This document shows positions 9,709-17,424 of a stretch of 37,052 nucleotides of DNA, in pieces (the first letter of the stretch is position 1; each line of letters opens with the position of its first letter). The position numbers and the translations under genes are program-made. The notes beneath the pieces were generated by a model. The model saw nothing but the letters and a program-made list of their open reading frames with translations. It was not told the DNA's origin and made no database searches. Origin of the DNA: Ornithinimicrobium sp. (GTDB lineage Bacteria > Actinomycetota > Actinomycetes > Actinomycetales > Dermatophilaceae); the NCBI GenBank assembly GCA_049671385.1, contig JBATUU010000270.1:1-37052 (forward strand), given 5' to 3'.

Positions 9709-10482
9709 ATGGGCCAGCGTCTGGAGAACGCCGAGCGTCTCTACCTGAGCGCGATCCGCGATGGCAACTACGTCGAGGCGATCAACAACCTATCCGGGGA
9801 TAGATATACCCAGCACTCCACACCGGTCCGCGATGGGCGCGAGGGCTTCATCGAGTTCTTCGAAGGCTTCACTGAGCGCAACCCGATCCGCGACATTCAG
9901 ATCATCCGCAGTTTCGAGGACGGGCAGTATGTCTTCTTGCATGTTCTGCAGTATCTGAATCACGGCGAGTTCCAGTACGTCACGGCCGACATCTTCGATA
10001 CCGACGATGATGCTCTGCTCATAGAGCACTGGGACATCATCGAGGAAGTACGCGCGGCGACGGCCGGAGAGCGCACACAGTTGGACGGCCCAACCGAGGC
10101 CGAGGGGACCGGTGACCCCGACCTGACGCAGACCAACAAGGCGCTGGTCACCAAATATGTCAAAGATGTGCTGGGCACCGCCGACTATGACCGCATCATC
10201 GATTTCGTGGCCGGTGATTGTGCCCAGCACCACCCCGATGTTGCCGATGGAGCCGACGCGCTCGCCGCGTGGGCAAAGAATGCGAGCATTCGCTATGTCG
10301 ACGTCCACCTGCTGATCGGCAGCGGCTCCTTCGTCGCCGTCTTGGCGCAGATGGACAGGCAAGGCACACAGCTAGCCGTGATCGACCTGTTTCGGGTCGA
10401 GGCTGAGCGGATCGTCGAGCAGTGGTCGGTTGTCGAGGAGATCGCTCCGGAGGAGACCTGGGTCAACTCTGGCAAATTCTAA
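9709..10482 (+). CDS. Tandem SnoaL/NTF2-like domain protein
   Basis: Two related halves (YTQH..DGREGF..DIFD..IEHWD and CAQH..DGADAL..DLFR..VEQWS); AGGAGG RBS. Confidence 0.85.
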   Translation: MGQRLENAERLYLSAIRDGNYVEAINNLSGDRYTQHSTPVRDGREGFIEFFEGFTERNPIRDIQIIRSFEDGQYVFLHVLQYLNHGEFQYVTADIFDTDDDALLIEHWDIIEEVRAATAGERTQLDGPTEAEGTGDPDLTQTNKALVTKYVKDVLGTADYDRIIDFVAGDCAQHHPDVADGADALAAWAKNASIRYVDVHLLIGSGSFVAVLAQMDRQGTQLAVIDLFRVEAERIVEQWSVVEEIAPEETWVNSGKF

Positions 10483-10491
10483 GGCGCCGGC

Positions 10492-10522
10492 TTGACCCTC
10501 ACCCTGCGGGAGCGTTCACAGT
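10492..10522 (+). promoter_or_regulatory. MerR-type promoter with 19-bp spacer containing a dyad operator
   Basis: TTGACC-N19-CACAGT; the spacer holds the imperfect dyad CTCACCCTGCGGGAG. Confidence 0.8.
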
Positions 10523-10529
10523 CGTATCC

Positions 10530-11303
10530 ATGATCGAAACGCGAGGTATGCAGATGCTCACGGTGGGCCAGATTGCTGCCGAGTTCGGAGTGACGGTGCG
10601 CACACTGCACCACTACGACAACATCGGTCTCCTGGTCCCCTCGGAGCGCAGCTACAGCGGCTACCGCCTCTACACCAGCGACGACGTGGAGCGCCTGAGC
10701 CAGATCGTCGCCTATCGGCGGCTCGGGTTCAGCCTCGAGGATGTCTCTTCGGTGCTGGCCACGGGGGCCGATGCGCTGGCACATCTGCAACGGCAACGCG
10801 TCACGGTCAGCCAGCGAATGGACGAACTGTCCTCGCTGGCGCACGCATTGGATCGAGCCATGGAGGCAGAAGTGAACGGATATCAAATCACGAGAGAAGA
10901 ACAGCGCGAGATCTTCGGCGGGACCTTCAGCGATGAGTATTCCGCTGAGGCGCAGGAGCGTTGGGGTGACACCGACGCTTGGGCTCAGTCGAGCAAGCGC
11001 ACCAAGCACTACGTCAAGGCGCAATGGGCCCAGATCAAGACCGAGACCGACGAGATCAACGACGCTTTCGCGGCCTTGCTGACCGCGGGTACCCCGGCGA
11101 CATCCGATGATGCCGTTGCGGTGGCCGAGCGAGCTCGGATGCAGATCAACACCTGGTTCTACGACTGCTCGCCGCAGATGCACGCAGGTATTGCCCAGAT
11201 GTACGTGGCCGACCCGCGCTTCATGAAGAACTATGAAGAGCACACGGCGGGTTTGGCGCAGTACGTGCACGACGCGGTGCAGGAGAACGCTCGCCGCAGC
11301 TGA
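10530..11303 (+). CDS. MerR family regulator with TipAS antibiotic-recognition domain (TipA/Mta-like)
   Basis: VTVRTLHHYDNIGLLVPS..GYRLY HTH; EAQERWGDTDAW, FYDCS, MYVADPRF TipAS motifs. Start is 10530 (leaderless) or 10554. Confidence 0.93.
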   Translation: MIETRGMQMLTVGQIAAEFGVTVRTLHHYDNIGLLVPSERSYSGYRLYTSDDVERLSQIVAYRRLGFSLEDVSSVLATGADALAHLQRQRVTVSQRMDELSSLAHALDRAMEAEVNGYQITREEQREIFGGTFSDEYSAEAQERWGDTDAWAQSSKRTKHYVKAQWAQIKTETDEINDAFAALLTAGTPATSDDAVAVAERARMQINTWFYDCSPQMHAGIAQMYVADPRFMKNYEEHTAGLAQYVHDAVQENARRS

Positions 11304-11344
11304 GTCCCAGCACGTTGTCACTTGCGTCACCTACGCTGGTCACC

Positions 11345-12001
11345 ATGTCCCCGATGCCGCCCACGCAGCATCGGGGCCATGGCGGTTCCGGGGTCTTTAT
11401 CGCTTTCGAGGGTGGCGACGGTGCAGGAAAAAGCACCCAGATCGATGCACTGGCGGCATCCTTGACTGCCCAGGGTCACCGTGTTCTCTTGACGCGCGAG
11501 CCCGGTGGGACCCGGGTGGGCGCGCAGATCCGTCAGGTCGTGTTGCATGGCGAGCACGTTGACGCTCGTGCCGAGGCGCTGTTGTTTGCAGCCGATCGTG
11601 CGCACCACGTCGCTACCGTTGTTCGCCCGGCTCTGGAGCGCGGCGAAGTGGTCCTATCCGACCGATATATGGACTCATCGATTGCCTATCAGGGAGCGGC
11701 TCGCGGGGCAGACCCTCAGGAGATTGCCGGTTTATCGATGTGGGCCACATGGGGATTGTTGCCCGAGTTGACGGTGCTGCTGGACGTGGACCCTCAGGTC
11801 GGTTTTCAACGGCGGCGGGGTCAGCATGATCGCCTCGAGTCTGAGAGTGAGGCCTATCACCAGAAGGTCCGAGCAGCATTTCGCGATCTGGAGCAGGCCG
11901 ACCCCCAGCGTTATCTGGTCCTCGACGCGGCGGCTGGTCAGGCAGACCTCGAAGCACTCATTGCCGCACGAGTCGAGACTCTGTTGGTCGCTGGCCGATG
12001 A
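11345..12001 (+). CDS. tmk: Thymidylate kinase
   Basis: FEGGDGAGKSTQ, TREPGG, SDRYMDSSIAYQG, DRLESE. Confidence 0.97.
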   Translation: MSPMPPTQHRGHGGSGVFIAFEGGDGAGKSTQIDALAASLTAQGHRVLLTREPGGTRVGAQIRQVVLHGEHVDARAEALLFAADRAHHVATVVRPALERGEVVLSDRYMDSSIAYQGAARGADPQEIAGLSMWATWGLLPELTVLLDVDPQVGFQRRRGQHDRLESESEAYHQKVRAAFRDLEQADPQRYLVLDAAAGQADLEALIAARVETLLVAGR

Positions 12002-13167
12002 GCGTTTTTGACCAGGTCATCGGTCAAGACCGAGTCGTCACGTTGCTGCGTCAGAGCGCGTCGGAGCCGCGCTCGATGACTCATTCCTGGTTGTTCACGG
12101 GCCCGCCTGGATCGGGACGATCAACGGCAGCGCGGGCCTTCGCTGCTGCCCTGCAATGTGAGCAAACCGAGAACCCGGGGTGTGGGACGTGCTCGTCGTG
12201 TCACACCGTGATGCTGGGTTCACATCCGGATGTGAGCATCGTGGCGACCCGTGAGACCCAGTTGCGAGTGGAGCAAACGCGCCAACTGGCTGTGACTGCG
12301 GCGATGCGCCCCGTCTCGGGCCGATGGCGGGTGCTCATCGTGGAGGACGCGGACCGCCTCAACGAGCGGGCGGCCGATGCCTTGTTGAAGACCCTGGAGG
12401 AGCCGCCGCCACGCACCGTGTGGTTGCTCTGCGCTCCGACGCTCGATGACCTGATTGTCACTGTCCGCAGCCGCTGTCGACATGTGCGTCTCGGCACTCC
12501 GCCGGTCGCGGCGGTAGCCGCATTACTGATCTCACGCGACGGTATTGATCCGTCCATGGCGCACTATGCGGCGCGTGCCGCCCAGTCGCACGTGGGGGTG
12601 GCCCGTCACCTCGCCACCGACGAGGCCGCACGCGGTCGACGTCGCAATGTGATTGGCATACCGCGCTCGTTGACCAGCGTGGGCGAGGCTCTGAGCGCAG
12701 CGGGGCGAGTCGTCGATGAAGCGTCCAAGCTGGCCGACTCGATGTCCGGGCAGGATGCGGCCTCGGCCCGCGCCGAAGTATTGCGGCAATTGGGCGCCGA
12801 CCCGGGGGCCCGCACGCAGCCACCGGCAGTGCGGGCGCATCTGAAGCAGATGGAAGATGATCAGAAGCGGATCGCCAGGCGTCGACAACACGACGCAATC
12901 GATGCAGCACTGACCGACTTGTCGTCGGTGTACCGAGACGCCTTGGTGCTTGGCACGGGCGCTCAGATCGACGCTGTCAATGCTGCAGATCTGGACATGG
13001 TGCGTGATGTTGCTCGGGCGTTCAACGCTCAAGAACTGTTGGCCGCCCTGGAAGCCATTTCGCTGGCGCGTGCACGACTGGTCGCCAACGGCGCCCCACT
13101 GCTGGTGATTGAAGCGATGATGATTGCATTGATCACCCCGCGTGCTCCAATGGGAGCCCGGACATGA
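11998..13167 (+). CDS. holB: DNA polymerase III subunit delta'
   Basis: HSWLFTGPPGSGRS, C..CGTCSSC zinc module, HPDV, LLKTLEEPP, TVRSRC; ATGA overlap with tmk. Confidence 0.96.
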   Translation: MSVFDQVIGQDRVVTLLRQSASEPRSMTHSWLFTGPPGSGRSTAARAFAAALQCEQTENPGCGTCSSCHTVMLGSHPDVSIVATRETQLRVEQTRQLAVTAAMRPVSGRWRVLIVEDADRLNERAADALLKTLEEPPPRTVWLLCAPTLDDLIVTVRSRCRHVRLGTPPVAAVAALLISRDGIDPSMAHYAARAAQSHVGVARHLATDEAARGRRRNVIGIPRSLTSVGEALSAAGRVVDEASKLADSMSGQDAASARAEVLRQLGADPGARTQPPAVRAHLKQMEDDQKRIARRRQHDAIDAALTDLSSVYRDALVLGTGAQIDAVNAADLDMVRDVARAFNAQELLAALEAISLARARLVANGAPLLVIEAMMIALITPRAPMGART

Positions 13168-14789
13168 CACAAGGGAAGGGTGCCCAGGTGTACAGACGTG
13201 GATTTCGCACAACGAGCCCGCGCCAAGGGCGCTCGCTGGTTGACCGATGGGTCGCCTTGGCCGCGCTCGTGGCGCTGCTCACCGTTGCTGGCTGTAACAA
13301 CGCTCCGTCCGCGGAAGTTCCGGGTAATGGGGGTGAGTCGTCCGCGGACGATGGCTCCTCATCGCAGTCTGCAGGCGATGCGGGTGAGGCTCCGGAGGGG
13401 TTGGGGGAGTTCTACGATCAGGAGATCGAGTGGTCAGACTGCGATGACGCTGAGTGTGGTCGCCTCGTGGTCCCGATCGACTACGACGCTCCTGGCGACG
13501 GCTCCATCGAGCTGGAGTTGTTGCGCGTGCCTGCCGAAGACGGCGACAAGCGACAGGGCAGCCTGCTGGTCAACCCGGGCGGGCCCGGAGGGTCGGGCGT
13601 CGACTACGCTCGCCTGGGCTCGCTGGTGGTCTCTCCGTCGGTCGCGGATGCATACGACATCGTCGGTTTCGATCCTCGCGGAGTCGCCGGATCTGCGCCG
13701 ATCATGTGCTTCGACGATGACCAGATGGATGAGTGGCTCGGCGCCGATCCGACCCCGGACACCCCAGCGGAGGAAGAAGACGCGGAGGCGCTGAGTGCAG
13801 AGTTCGCCCAAGCGTGTCAGGATGCCGCGCCCGAACTGTTAGGTCATGTCTCCACCGTCGAGGCCGCACGTGACATGGACGTCCTGCGCTCGGCGCTGGG
13901 TGAGTCCGAAGTGGACTATCTGGGCGCCTCCTACGGCACCTTCCTCGGCGCAACGTATGCCGAGTTGTTCCCCGAGCGAGTGGGCCGGTTCGTCCTGGAC
14001 GGCGCGGTCGCGCCCGAGCTGTCGAGTGTGGAGCTGAGCCTGGGACAAGCCGGCGGATTCGAGCAGGCAACCCGCACATACGTGCAGAGTTGTATCGACG
14101 AAGGCGACTGCCCGCTCGGCACGACCGTCGATGAGGGGCTGGAGGTGATCACCGAGTTCCTCGAGGAGCTCGATGCCAACCCGATCAGCGTCGAGGGTGA
14201 TGCCAATGAGGAACTCACCGAAGGGTGGGGAATACTTGGCATCATCGCCGCGATGTACACCGAAAGCGCGTGGCCCATTCTGACAGAGGCGATGGAGCGC
14301 GCACTGGACGGGGACGGCACGCAACTACAGTTCCTGGCAAACACCTATGCCAGACGGGACGCAGACGGCAACTACACCGGCAATAGCAATCAGGCGATCT
14401 ACGCCGTGAACTGCCTGGATCGACCGAGCCAAGATTCGACCGTCTCGCAGGAGGCACTGATGGCCCAATTCGAGGAGGTTGCACCGACCTTCGGACGCTA
14501 TCTCGGCGGTGAAAGTGTCTGCGCGCAGTGGCCGGTGCAAGCCAGCGAGACGTTGGATGATTACGACGCCCAGGGCGCCGCACCCATCCTGGTCATCGGC
14601 ACAATCGGTGACCCGGCGACTCCGTACGAGTGGGCGCAGACTCTCGCCGACACGTTGGAGTCCGGGGTCCTACTGTCCTACGACGGTGAAGGCCACACCG
14701 CCTACGGGCGCTCGAACAACTGCATCGACGACACCGTGGACGCCTATCTGCTGGAGGGCACCGTGCCCGCAGACGGCAAAGAGTGCTGA
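13164..14789 (+). CDS. Secreted/lipoprotein alpha/beta hydrolase (TAP/Hip1-like S33 peptidase)
   Basis: Lipobox-like VAGC, NPGGPGGSG, FDPRGV, GASYGT nucleophile, DPATP, GEGH; exact start uncertain. Confidence 0.92.
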   Translation: MTQGKGAQVYRRGFRTTSPRQGRSLVDRWVALAALVALLTVAGCNNAPSAEVPGNGGESSADDGSSSQSAGDAGEAPEGLGEFYDQEIEWSDCDDAECGRLVVPIDYDAPGDGSIELELLRVPAEDGDKRQGSLLVNPGGPGGSGVDYARLGSLVVSPSVADAYDIVGFDPRGVAGSAPIMCFDDDQMDEWLGADPTPDTPAEEEDAEALSAEFAQACQDAAPELLGHVSTVEAARDMDVLRSALGESEVDYLGASYGTFLGATYAELFPERVGRFVLDGAVAPELSSVELSLGQAGGFEQATRTYVQSCIDEGDCPLGTTVDEGLEVITEFLEELDANPISVEGDANEELTEGWGILGIIAAMYTESAWPILTEAMERALDGDGTQLQFLANTYARRDADGNYTGNSNQAIYAVNCLDRPSQDSTVSQEALMAQFEEVAPTFGRYLGGESVCAQWPVQASETLDDYDAQGAAPILVIGTIGDPATPYEWAQTLADTLESGVLLSYDGEGHTAYGRSNNCIDDTVDAYLLEGTVPADGKEC

Positions 14790-14872
14790 GGGCCGCGTCG
14801 GGCAGTAGCGCGGTTGCGGTCGATTCGGAGCAGACCGATCAGTCAGTTAACATTTGCAGGCACTCAGTGCAC

Positions 14873-14949
14873 GCCGCCTTAGCTCAGTCGGCTAGAGCGA
14901 TTCACTCGTAATGAATAGGTCACCGGTTCGACTCCGGTAGGCGGCTCCA
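14873..14949 (+). tRNA. tRNA-Thr (anticodon CGT), CCA encoded
   Basis: GCCGCCT/AGGCGGC acceptor stem, ATTCA-CTCGTAA-TGAAT anticodon arm, GGTTCGACTCC T arm; TAACAT -10 at 14848. Confidence 0.98.
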
Positions 14950-15059
14950 CGCGTTAGATTTCACCCCCAATCCTCACCCCCTTTTCTCATTCTCGTCTGA
15001 ACCGGGCATCTACCCGCTGTCCGACAGCTGCTGCTCTCACCAAGTTGTGCACGCTCTCA

Positions 15060-15581
15060 CTACCCGATAGCCCAATGAGAGCATGCAGAACTAGGTGAGA
15101 GCGCTGGCAGTCGGGCGCCCAGACATTGAAGGGCGTGCTGGTACTTGGAGTCGAGCCGTTCTTGCGTCGCCTTGTCCAGCGCTGCTCGGCGCTCCGGGTC
15201 GCTGTTGTCGGCAATGTCAGCCAATTTCACCGCTCGTGCGATGGCATTGGCGCGGACTCGGCGGTAATACAGCTCCGGCTCTTCCGTGCTGCGTCGACTC
15301 ATCGCATCGACAGCCTCGACAATGAAGGGTGGGAAGTAGTCAGCCAGATCGGCGAGGGTGATCTGGGTGTCTTCGATGACGTCGTGCAGCCACGCCACGA
15401 TCTCGGCAGCCTCGTCGCCTCGGACCCGCTCAGCCACCCGGGCGGGATGGGTGATGTATGCCACCCCTGCCTTGTCGAACTGCCCGAAGTGCGCTTCGGT
15501 CGCGACCTCGCGGGCTCGGTCTATCAGGCTCGCGGCGCTCTCGCAGCGGCCTTCGCTGTTCGCATCCACCTGCCCGCTCAT
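15060..15581 (-). CDS. HD-domain hydrolase, RelA/SpoT HD (Mesh1/small alarmone hydrolase)-like
   Basis: AH.GQ.DKAG..YITHP..VA, AWLHDVIEDT, VKLADIADN; ATG 15581 overlaps the cobS stop (ATGA). Confidence 0.88.
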   Translation of the reverse strand: MSGQVDANSEGRCESAASLIDRAREVATEAHFGQFDKAGVAYITHPARVAERVRGDEAAEIVAWLHDVIEDTQITLADLADYFPPFIVEAVDAMSRRSTEEPELYYRRVRANAIARAVKLADIADNSDPERRAALDKATQERLDSKYQHALQCLGARLPALSPSSACSHWAIG

Positions 15582-16345
15582 GCCACAAAGCCAGTAGCCA
15601 CAGCCAACACTACGATCTCGACGAGGACATTGGCCGCGCCCAGACAGTCGCCCGTGATGCCCCCGAGCGTTCGCTTGAACCACCATCCGGCTACCGAAGC
15701 GATGATCAGCGCGGCGATGATCGCCATCATCGTCATGAGGGGCGCCAAAGCTGCCGCGGGTATGAGGCACAGTGCGGCTACGGCCGTCGCTAATCCGAGC
15801 TGGCTGGCCTTGACGCCTTGTGCCACGATTCCATTGGCGCCCTCGGGGCGGGCATAGGGCAGGGCAGCCATGAGGGCAACGCTGGACCATCGGGCCATCA
15901 CATGAGCGGTGACGAGCGCCGCGACCACCAGGCTGACCGTAGAGGCGGCAATCGCCGACAACGTGACGAATCGAGCGAGGACCAGGAGCAGAAGCGCTAA
16001 CGCGCCGTATGCGCCGATCCGGCTGTCCCGCATGATCGCCAGTCTGCGTTCGACACCAAAAGCTCCAGCGCTGTCGGCCACATCGGCGAATCCGTCTTCA
16101 TGAAGCCCGCCGGTGACGAGCACCCCCACCGCGATGGTCAGGACCACCGCGACTGTGGTCGGCACCAGGGCGTCGACGCCCAGCAGCGTCATCGCCAAGA
16201 GCCCGCCGATGGAGAGTCCAACCACCGGAAACCATCGCGTGGCGGCTGACAGTCCCGCAGGGTCGGCGCTGCTCAACCTCGCCAGCGGCAGGCGGGTGAG
16301 AAAGGTCAACGCAGTCGCTGCTACTCGCACTTCGCCAATTGCCAC
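15578..16345 (-). CDS. cobS: Adenosylcobinamide-GDP ribazoletransferase (cobalamin synthase)
   Basis: FLTRLP, TGGLHEDGFAD, IMRDSRIGAYG, GGITGDCLGA; hydrophobic throughout. Confidence 0.96.
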   Translation of the reverse strand: MAIGEVRVAATALTFLTRLPLARLSSADPAGLSAATRWFPVVGLSIGGLLAMTLLGVDALVPTTVAVVLTIAVGVLVTGGLHEDGFADVADSAGAFGVERRLAIMRDSRIGAYGALALLLLVLARFVTLSAIAASTVSLVVAALVTAHVMARWSSVALMAALPYARPEGANGIVAQGVKASQLGLATAVAALCLIPAAALAPLMTMMAIIAALIIASVAGWWFKRTLGGITGDCLGAANVLVEIVVLAVATGFVA

Positions 16346-16380
16346 GGCCGCAGCGTGTCACACCGACACGCTCACACGCA

Positions 16381-17424
16381 CTACGCGGAGGCCCCGGAGA
16401 CCCCAGCATCAGCAAACGTCGCCATGTCGGCCAAGATGTCGCACGTTGCTCGCAGCACGGGCAAGGCCAACGTGGCTCCGGACCCTTCACCCAGAGCCAT
16501 CCCCAGATCCAGCAACGGCTCCGCGTTCAGCGCCTTGAGCGCAACCTGGTGTCCGGGCTCAGCCGAACGATGGGCAAAGATCAACTGCTGGCGTGCTTCA
16601 GGCTCCATTCCGCACGCCACGACGGCGGCCGCGGTGACGATGAACCCGTCGACGAGCACGGGTATGAGGTGTGAGCGCGCCTCCAACATCGCCCCCACCA
16701 CAGCAGCAATCTCCAACCCCCCTGCGTGCTTCAGACAGGACGCGGGGTCCTCGGCCATCGGCGCCAATCGCCCGAGGGCGTCCGCGACGATGCCGCGCTT
16801 GTCGGCCAATCTCGCCGTGTCCAAGCCCGTGCCAGGCCCGGTGACCGTCTCGGCATCGGCGCCCGTGAGCAGGCCAATCAAGATCGCCGCCGAGGTCGTG
16901 TTGCCGATGCCCATCTCGCCGAGGGCAATCAGGCGTTGACCGTCTGCAGCAGCTCGCCGCACCGCCTCACGCCCCACCATGATGGCCGCGTCGAGCGCGA
17001 CCTGGTCCATTGCCGGCCCGTGACGCAGATTTGCGGTGCCGGGCGCCACCTTGGCATCCACAATCCCGTCGATGTCGCTGAGGTCTGCAGCGACTCCCAC
17101 ATCGACGACCTCGAGGTCGGCTCCGACGGTGCGGGCCAGCACCGCCACAGCCGCCCCACCGCCAGTGAAGTTCGCACACATCTGAGCAGTGACCTCTGGT
17201 GGGAAGGCACTGACGCCATCACGAGCGACGCCGTGGTCACCGGCAAACACGATCACCCGGGCGGGGTCCACCGACGGTTGATCGCTGCTGGTTGCAACCG
17301 CCAGATCGGCGGCCAGTGATTCGAGCCGGCCAAGCGATCCAGGTGGTTTGGTCTTGTTATCCATCGCCGCCTGGACTGCTGCCCTCAGGTCGACTTCACT
17401 CCGATCCCTTGCAGACTCCCTCAC
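16381..17424 (-). CDS. cobT: Nicotinate-nucleotide:dimethylbenzimidazole phosphoribosyltransferase
   Basis: KTKPPGSLGRLE, FAGDHGV, GEMGIGNTTSA, VDGFI, LGMALGEGSGA, MATF. Confidence 0.97.
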   Translation of the reverse strand: MRESARDRSEVDLRAAVQAAMDNKTKPPGSLGRLESLAADLAVATSSDQPSVDPARVIVFAGDHGVARDGVSAFPPEVTAQMCANFTGGGAAVAVLARTVGADLEVVDVGVAADLSDIDGIVDAKVAPGTANLRHGPAMDQVALDAAIMVGREAVRRAAADGQRLIALGEMGIGNTTSAAILIGLLTGADAETVTGPGTGLDTARLADKRGIVADALGRLAPMAEDPASCLKHAGGLEIAAVVGAMLEARSHLIPVLVDGFIVTAAAVVACGMEPEARQQLIFAHRSAEPGHQVALKALNAEPLLDLGMALGEGSGATLALPVLRATCDILADMATFADAGVSGASA

